In this document: piece after piece, positions 51,027-56,065 of the stretch
How positions within the stretch are numbered: the first letter of the stretch is position 1
Layout of the letters: each line of letters begins with the position of its first letter
Assembly (NCBI GenBank): GCA_043827085.1
Contig: JBDRPO010000005.1
Span: 1-56,065, forward strand
Reading direction: 5' to 3'
DNA from: a bacterium
GTDB taxonomy: Bacteria > Patescibacteriota > Microgenomatia > UBA1400 > UBA12108
DNA length: 56,065 nucleotides
The notes under the pieces: model-generated
The model's input: the letters and a program-made list of their open reading frames with translations, nothing else
Databases searched by the model: none
What the model was told of the DNA's origin: nothing
Position numbers and translations under genes: made by a program

Positions 51027-51932
51027 CTAAAACAGCCCCATTTGATTATCGTTTTTTGGTTGCTTAAGCTCGTCTCCAAAGATTCTTCTGATCATACTCT
51101 TAAACCCCAGCTCCTCCAGCTTCTCCCGCAAGCCCACGCTCTGCAACCCCCTGTACTCCATTTCTTCGATTTTTACGGAGAGTGGCATATCCGTCACAAT
51201 TTTTGACAAATCCTGTGACATGAAAGCGCTCTCACGCCCATCAGCCAGTTTTTTTGCCGTGAGCTCCCCAAACTGCGTCTGCACTTCTTTGATATCTCGG
51301 TATATTCGCTCAAGGCTACCAAATGTCTTGATTAGGTTCGCCGCTCCCTTTGGCCCTATCCCCGCAACCCCAGGGATATTGTCGCTTGGATCTCCCACCA
51401 GGGCCTTGTAATCGACCATTTGCTCCGGGTGCACGCCGTACTTGTTCCATACCTCGTCCGGTCCATACAAAACTGGAGGATTAGCCCCCTTAGCTGGCGT
51501 CAAAACTCGCACGTGCGGGGACACTAGCTGCATCGTATCCTGATCCCCCGTGAGGATCACCACCTCCCCCTCCTGATTCATGGAAAGTGTCCCGATGATG
51601 TCATCCGCTTCGTACCCCTCCTGCTCGACTTGTACTATCCCCATCGCCCCAATTACTTCCTTCACCAGCGGAATCTGCAATACCATCTCCTCATCCGCCT
51701 TGGGTCGCTGCGCCTTGTATCCCACATACTTCTCGTGGCGAAAAGTTGGCTTCGGGAGGTCCCACGCAACCATGACGTGGGTTGGTTTCTCCGAATCTAG
51801 TGCCGAGATCAAGATTGACACCACCCCGTACACCGCCCCTACTATCTCCCCCGTCTTGCTGGTCAGCGGCGGGTACGCATGGTACGCCCGGTGCAGCAGC
51901 GCACTCCCATCTACCAAAAGCAACTTGCTCAT
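51027..51932 (-). CDS. Stand-alone 5'-3' exonuclease (Pol I N-terminal / FEN-like domain)
   Basis: LLLVDGSALLHRAYHA, YKAQR, an H3TH region and GIGPKGA. Start set at MSKLLL (track start is 52037). Confidence 0.85.
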   Translation of the reverse strand: MSKLLLVDGSALLHRAYHAYPPLTSKTGEIVGAVYGVVSILISALDSEKPTHVMVAWDLPKPTFRHEKYVGYKAQRPKADEEMVLQIPLVKEVIGAMGIVQVEQEGYEADDIIGTLSMNQEGEVVILTGDQDTMQLVSPHVRVLTPAKGANPPVLYGPDEVWNKYGVHPEQMVDYKALVGDPSDNIPGVAGIGPKGAANLIKTFGSLERIYRDIKEVQTQFGELTAKKLADGRESAFMSQDLSKIVTDMPLSVKIEEMEYRGLQSVGLREKLEELGFKSMIRRIFGDELKQPKNDNQMGLF

Positions 51933-51960
51933 ATGGATATTGTATCTTAGCGAGCGTTTA

Positions 51961-52075
51961 GGTGCAGGAGTGTTCGACAATTCGCAAAAACGACGGAGGC
52001 CGACGGGCCGAGTTCTAGGCTGATTTTGCACCAGCAAAATACAGCCGCTTTTGCACTTGGCGAATACTCCGAACC
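51961..52075. repeat. Structured repeat E, copy 1 (115 nt)
   Basis: Starts GGTGCAGGAGT and ends AATACTCCGAACC. Collinear with copy 2, and its hairpins differ from copy 2 by compensatory changes. Confidence 0.7.
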
Positions 52076-52091
52076 TTACTGCGAGCGAAGT

Positions 52092-52514
52092 TTATTTTTT
52101 TACCAAAAAATCCAAATGTTTTTTTATTTCTTCAATCTTTTTGTCCTGCTCATCCAATCGCTCGAGGATCCGTCTCATGTGAAAGTCCTCCTGGTACCGT
52201 AACAGTTCCACCGACACAAACGCCATCACCGCCCCAAACAAAACTACTCCAAACACCTCTAGTAGTACCGCGATTACCTTCCCCATCCCCGTGACCGGCA
52301 CCATATCCCCGTACCCTACCCCCGTCACCGTCGTAATCGCAAACCATAGTCCATCTCCCTCATTTTTGATCCTTGCTCCCGCTACCGAACTCTCGATCGG
52401 TGCAATCACAAGTCCCAACAGGAGTACTGCCGCAAACAAAACAAACAAAATCTTCCGAAATCTCCCGCTATGCGAGAGTTTTAAAGCTACCTGTCTCACC
52501 TGACTATTATTCAT
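52092..52514 (-). CDS. Small two-TM potassium channel (KcsA-like pore)
   Basis: Selectivity filter TTVTGVGYGD flanked by two TM helices. C-terminal coiled-coil tail. Confidence 0.8.
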   Translation of the reverse strand: MNNSQVRQVALKLSHSGRFRKILFVLFAAVLLLGLVIAPIESSVAGARIKNEGDGLWFAITTVTGVGYGDMVPVTGMGKVIAVLLEVFGVVLFGAVMAFVSVELLRYQEDFHMRRILERLDEQDKKIEEIKKHLDFLVKK

Positions 52515-55500
52515 ACTTCACTTTATATTCTTTCTTCTTTACTACTTCATCTTTACTCACTTTTACGATTTCTTCAAACTGTTCACGCTCCAGTGATTCA
52601 GTCTCCATCAGAGCCACCACTACCCTATCCATCGTCTTTCGCTCATTCTTTAAAATCTCCATGGTAGTAGCTTCACACGCATTCACGATTCGCTTCACTT
52701 GGCCGTCAATCTCGGCGCGTTTAGAATCAGATACATCTGTCGGCTCGAGGTAGTTCCTCCCCCACTCCGACAATCCCTCCGTAGGCCCAAAATCAATCGG
52801 CCCCAAGGGCGACATCCCATAATCAATCACCATCGCGCGAGCAATTTTAGTCACGCGATCAATGTCAGAAGAAGCGCCAGCTGTCAAATCGTTATAAACC
52901 AACTGCTCTGCTGCCCTTCCTCCGAGGAGGGTACAAATTTCTTCAAGTAGTTGTGTCCTGGTCTCCTGGTACTTGTCGGCTGCGGGCGGAATCATGGTGA
53001 ACCCAAGTGCACGTCCGCGAGAAATTATCGAAATGCGATGCACCGGATCAGTATGGGATAGAAAATGGGTCACCACCGCATGTCCCGCCTCGTGGTAAGC
53101 CGTCATTTTCCGATCATCCTCACTCTGGATCCGCTTCTTCGACGGGCCCATCTTCACCTTTGTCGCTGCCTCCTCAATATCATTAAAAGTGATCTCTTTC
53201 CGGTTCTCCCGAGCGATCAAAATTGCCGCTTCGTTGAGCATATTTTCTAGGTCAGCTCCGGTAAAACCAACCGTCCGTTTCGCGACCGACGTCCAATCAA
53301 TATCTTTCACAAATGGTTTACCCTTCGCGTGGATGGCAAGCGTCGCCTTCCTCCCCTCAATGTCTGGCATATCAAGCGTAACTCGCCGATCAAACCGACC
53401 TGGTCGAACTAGTGCTTGATCCAAAACGTCTGGTCTATTGGTCGCCGCCAGTACCACCACGTTTTCTTTGACAGTAAACCCATCCATCTCGACAAGAATT
53501 TGGTTTAGGGTCTGATCCCGCTCATCGTGCCCTCCCATCGAGCCACCACCTCGTGTTCTGCCAATTGCATCAATCTCGTCAATAAAAATAATCGCTGGGC
53601 TGGATTTTTTGGCCGTCTCAAACAGGTCGCGCACGCGGGACGCACCGACCCCCACAAGCATCTCCATAAACTCCGACCCCGCCATCGAGAAAAAGGGTAC
53701 TCCCGCCTCCCCGGCGACCGCGCGCGCCATGAGCGTATTGTGGTTTATCAATCCATTACCCACAAACGAATGAGTCTTATCCACCGTAAAGTCGTATACC
53801 ACATCCTTCCTTTGATCTATGCTCTTGACCAGAGAAAAGAATAATTTCGCCTGTAATAATCTCTCACAATGTACTACAAAATCAGAAGAATATTGATTTT
53901 GTTTACAAAAATCAACAAATTTGCCCATCATAGCTCTTGACACTCGATCTCTTTCTCTAATCTTAAAAATAGCTTTTGCCCAAAATTCATTACTCATCTT
54001 TCGTTTAGACAACTCCCCCCACTCCCGAGCCAACAACTTTCCCATCCCATAAAATATATCCACATTGGTGTTACTTCCTTTCGAAATCATGATCTCAACT
54101 CTTTTCCTTAACTCATCTTGTTTTCTTGACAGTCCAAAGCCAACCATGTCCAAAAATATTGGCAAAGCATCGCCCGTTACCGCCAAACGATAAACTGCTC
54201 TGGGGTGTTTTTCATCTTCAGCTTTAACACCACAACTTGTCACCACCCCCAAATTCAGTAGCATTAACTGCACTTGTCTCATCATTTGTTTACTGACAGT
54301 TGCGTATTCAACCGTTGATCTATTTTTCTGCATATGCGCATCCGCATCAAACAATCCTTTCAAAAAAGCCACTTGGATTTCTCGACTTCCCTGCAAAATA
54401 CTTTCAGGTACTTCCTTGTCATAAGACAATAAATATGACATCCCTGCATGATATAGATCCTTCTTCACGTCCCACGAATTGACAATGTAGTCATAATCGC
54501 CATGTTTATGAACCTTAACACCAGGATATCGCTTTGAAATATAATTCTTCCAATACTCTACAGTTTCCAGGTCAGCACTAGTCAGTCCCACTCGATTAGA
54601 GACAGACATATTCCCGTCCCCAGTCAACAATCCAATTAAATATGCCGTTTCCGAGTCTACATCTTTTCGCCTCCCAAAAAGTTCCTGGCCAAATGACACA
54701 GCCACAACATCACCGACCATTACATTCTCTAATCTTTTGTATTCCAATTTACCGTTATTCATCACCACAATTGGGTGCTCAAATGTCCCCTCAATTTCAT
54801 ATCCCTGCTCCAGCGTCACTCTCTTTGTCTTTTGCTCTCCCAAGTTATACCAGTGGGTTGCTTTCCCGATCATCATTTTTGTAGTTTCAATCTCCAAACT
54901 AGCCAACCCCACCCCATATGCCACATTTTTATTATCTACTTGGTAATATTTTGGAATATCTTTTATCTGTATTAATCCTTTTTGCGTCAAGATATAAGTA
55001 TCTCCCACCACACATTTTCCGACTCCTGCCGGCCCAACAAGAAGCACTCCCTTTGGAGTCCTAGCTCCCACCTTGGCGTATTTATCTGGATTTTTTAAGA
55101 AATCAACCACCTCTTCAAGCTCTTGCTTGGCCTCGTCCACCCCAGCCACGTCTGCAAACTTCACGTTTTGCTTCCCCTTCGCAAACAACTTAGCTTTTGA
55201 CTTTCCCATCCCAAACATCCCGCCTCCCATCATTCCACCCTGTCCCGAGCCTCTCATCTGTCGCACGATCATCACAAAAAATAGTGCCATCAGTAAAAAC
55301 GAGAGCACGTTTAGAATCCCCCCAACCTTGTCCATAAAACTTCCATTTCTGACTTCAAAGTTCACACTCGCAGGATCAATCTGATATTGGGTCAAAAGCT
55401 CGGTAAAGCTCTGCCCAGTCTCTTTGGTACTAAACTTCATGGTGGAGTCGCCATAGTCCAGAACCACTTGGTCCCCGATCACCTCCACACTTTTTACCTT

Positions 55501-55719
55501 TTGGTTTTTGATATCCTCCATCGCTTGGGTCAAGGTCAGGGTCACATCTTGCGCCATCCCCCCAAACCAACTCATCACGGCCGGTACAAAGAGAAATAGG
55601 ATCAGGCTCCACACAATCATTTTCTTGAGGTCAAAGCGAAAACTCCACACCTTCACTGGCTTTGCTCCTAGCGGCAATTTCACTTCTGGAACTTTCTTTT
55701 GTTCTTTAGTCTTCGCCAT
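52507..55719 (-). CDS. ftsH: ATP-dependent zinc metalloprotease FtsH, interrupted by an intein in the Walker A motif
   Basis: GPAGVGK[intein][16 protein letters not shown]. Walker [33 protein letters not shown] and the zinc site HEAGHAV. 644 aa without the intein. Confidence 0.95.
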   Translation of the reverse strand: MAKTKEQKKVPEVKLPLGAKPVKVWSFRFDLKKMIVWSLILFLFVPAVMSWFGGMAQDVTLTLTQAMEDIKNQKVKSVEVIGDQVVLDYGDSTMKFSTKETGQSFTELLTQYQIDPASVNFEVRNGSFMDKVGGILNVLSFLLMALFFVMIVRQMRGSGQGGMMGGGMFGMGKSKAKLFAKGKQNVKFADVAGVDEAKQELEEVVDFLKNPDKYAKVGARTPKGVLLVGPAGVGKCVVGDTYILTQKGLIQIKDIPKYYQVDNKNVAYGVGLASLEIETTKMMIGKATHWYNLGEQKTKRVTLEQGYEIEGTFEHPIVVMNNGKLEYKRLENVMVGDVVAVSFGQELFGRRKDVDSETAYLIGLLTGDGNMSVSNRVGLTSADLETVEYWKNYISKRYPGVKVHKHGDYDYIVNSWDVKKDLYHAGMSYLLSYDKEVPESILQGSREIQVAFLKGLFDADAHMQKNRSTVEYATVSKQMMRQVQLMLLNLGVVTSCGVKAEDEKHPRAVYRLAVTGDALPIFLDMVGFGLSRKQDELRKRVEIMISKGSNTNVDIFYGMGKLLAREWGELSKRKMSNEFWAKAIFKIRERDRVSRAMMGKFVDFCKQNQYSSDFVVHCERLLQAKLFFSLVKSIDQRKDVVYDFTVDKTHSFVGNGLINHNTLMARAVAGEAGVPFFSMAGSEFMEMLVGVGASRVRDLFETAKKSSPAIIFIDEIDAIGRTRGGGSMGGHDERDQTLNQILVEMDGFTVKENVVVLAATNRPDVLDQALVRPGRFDRRVTLDMPDIEGRKATLAIHAKGKPFVKDIDWTSVAKRTVGFTGADLENMLNEAAILIARENRKEITFNDIEEAATKVKMGPSKKRIQSEDDRKMTAYHEAGHAVVTHFLSHTDPVHRISIISRGRALGFTMIPPAADKYQETRTQLLEEICTLLGGRAAEQLVYNDLTAGASSDIDRVTKIARAMVIDYGMSPLGPIDFGPTEGLSEWGRNYLEPTDVSDSKRAEIDGQVKRIVNACEATTMEILKNERKTMDRVVVALMETESLEREQFEEIVKVSKDEVVKKKEYKVKYE
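53737..55014 (-). mobile_element. Intein (426 aa) with a LAGLIDADG homing-endonuclease domain
   Basis: Cys1 (TGT 55014-55012), block B TFEH, LAGLIDADG motifs [11 protein letters not shown] and [13 protein letters not shown]-terminal HN (53742-53737), and +1 Thr, the conserved T of GKT. Confidence 0.9.
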
Positions 55720-55780
55720 ATCAGCTATTCTACCAGAAGTTAGGTAAGCTCGACAGCATACAGAACATTAAATGGGAGTT

Positions 55781-55896
55781 GGTGCAGGAGTAGTTTGCAG
55801 TCAAAAAAGTTTACGGACCCCGCGGTGGCGGGGGAGTTCGAGGCGGTTGACCAGCAGGTCAGAACGCCGTCTTTTTTACGCAAAATACTCCGAACC
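55781..55896. repeat. Structured repeat E, copy 2 (116 nt), directly downstream of the tnpA fragment
   Basis: Same ends as copy 1. On the plus strand it contains the terminator-like hairpin GGCGGTTGACCAGCAGGTCAGAACGCC followed by T6 (55842-55877). Confidence 0.7.
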
Positions 55897-55934
55897 AGTG
55901 AACCTCTCTCCGGCCTAAAGGCCAGAGCTTCGGT

Positions 55935-56065
55935 CTAGGCTTGCGATTGTGGCATACTTCTCTGATCACGGATGTAAGTTTTGATCACATCTTCTTCCAG
56001 TCTCCCAACACTCTCGGCAAAATAGCCATCAGCCCAAAAGCTCTCTCCCCACAGGAACTCCTCTA
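55935..56065 (-). mobile_element. tnpA: IS200/IS605-family (Y1 / possibly RAYT-like) transposase TnpA, C-terminal 42 aa only; the rest lies beyond the window edge
   Basis: Hand translation: EEFLWGESFWADGYFAESVGRLEEDVIKTYIRDQRSMPQSQA*. It matches the conserved C-terminus (W...Y....VG......I..YI..Q) of Y1 transposases. Confidence 0.65.

Overview
About 56 kb of a compact, gene-dense bacterial chromosome that uses the standard genetic code. Gene content and style suggest a Candidate Phyla Radiation / Patescibacteria (Microgenomates-like) genome: small housekeeping proteins, type IV pilin-like genes, an archaeal-type ATP-dependent DNA ligase, a stand-alone 5'-3' exonuclease and many toxin-antitoxin genes. 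This taxonomic call is an inference.

Most genes are on the minus strand: obg, rho, prs, radA, rpsA, mnmA, a thiol-redox cluster (DsbA-like, trxB, trxA, CsoR-like, CcdA-like), lgt, lig, recF, mutM, a GT4 glycosyltransferase, the 5'-3' exonuclease, a small K+ channel and ftsH. There is one tRNA-Ala(GGC).

The left end is a plus-strand surface locus: a giant S/T-rich protein open to the window edge, two tandem pilin-like genes, a polytopic membrane/TPR protein, and cohesin/dockerin-like proteins.

Accessory islands:
- An AbiE pair at 17.4-18.7 kb.
- An AT-rich island at 33-36.7 kb holding an HExxH orphan, a Cys-x-Pro repeat protein, four-helix-bundle genes (one a pseudogene) and a Fic gene.
- Two large orphan envelope proteins at 36.7-41.8 kb.
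- Three back-to-back TA pairs at 42-44.9 kb.
- A partial IS200/IS605-type tnpA at the right edge.

Main second-look items:
1. A 426-aa LAGLIDADG intein splitting the Walker A motif of FtsH.
2. A 26-36 bp palindrome (TGAYATAATGATTTAAATCATTATRTCA) present four times, bracketing a TrpR/YerC-like regulator gene.
3. A dispersed, strand-biased family of heptanucleotide tandem arrays (RRARTCT) in both intergenic and coding DNA, plus other 7-nt arrays, including out-of-frame-prone ones inside a CDS.
4. Two palindromic elements inserted in-frame in the Fic gene.
5. An orphan protein with a (C-x-P) x10 tail.
6. A 570-nt structured non-coding region between radA and prs.
7. A roughly 115-nt structured repeat with compensatory substitutions, one copy of which abuts the tnpA fragment.
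8. An ATP-grasp/retropepsin fusion paired with a 7-TM protein.

All domain calls come from motif recognition by eye. No database search was run.
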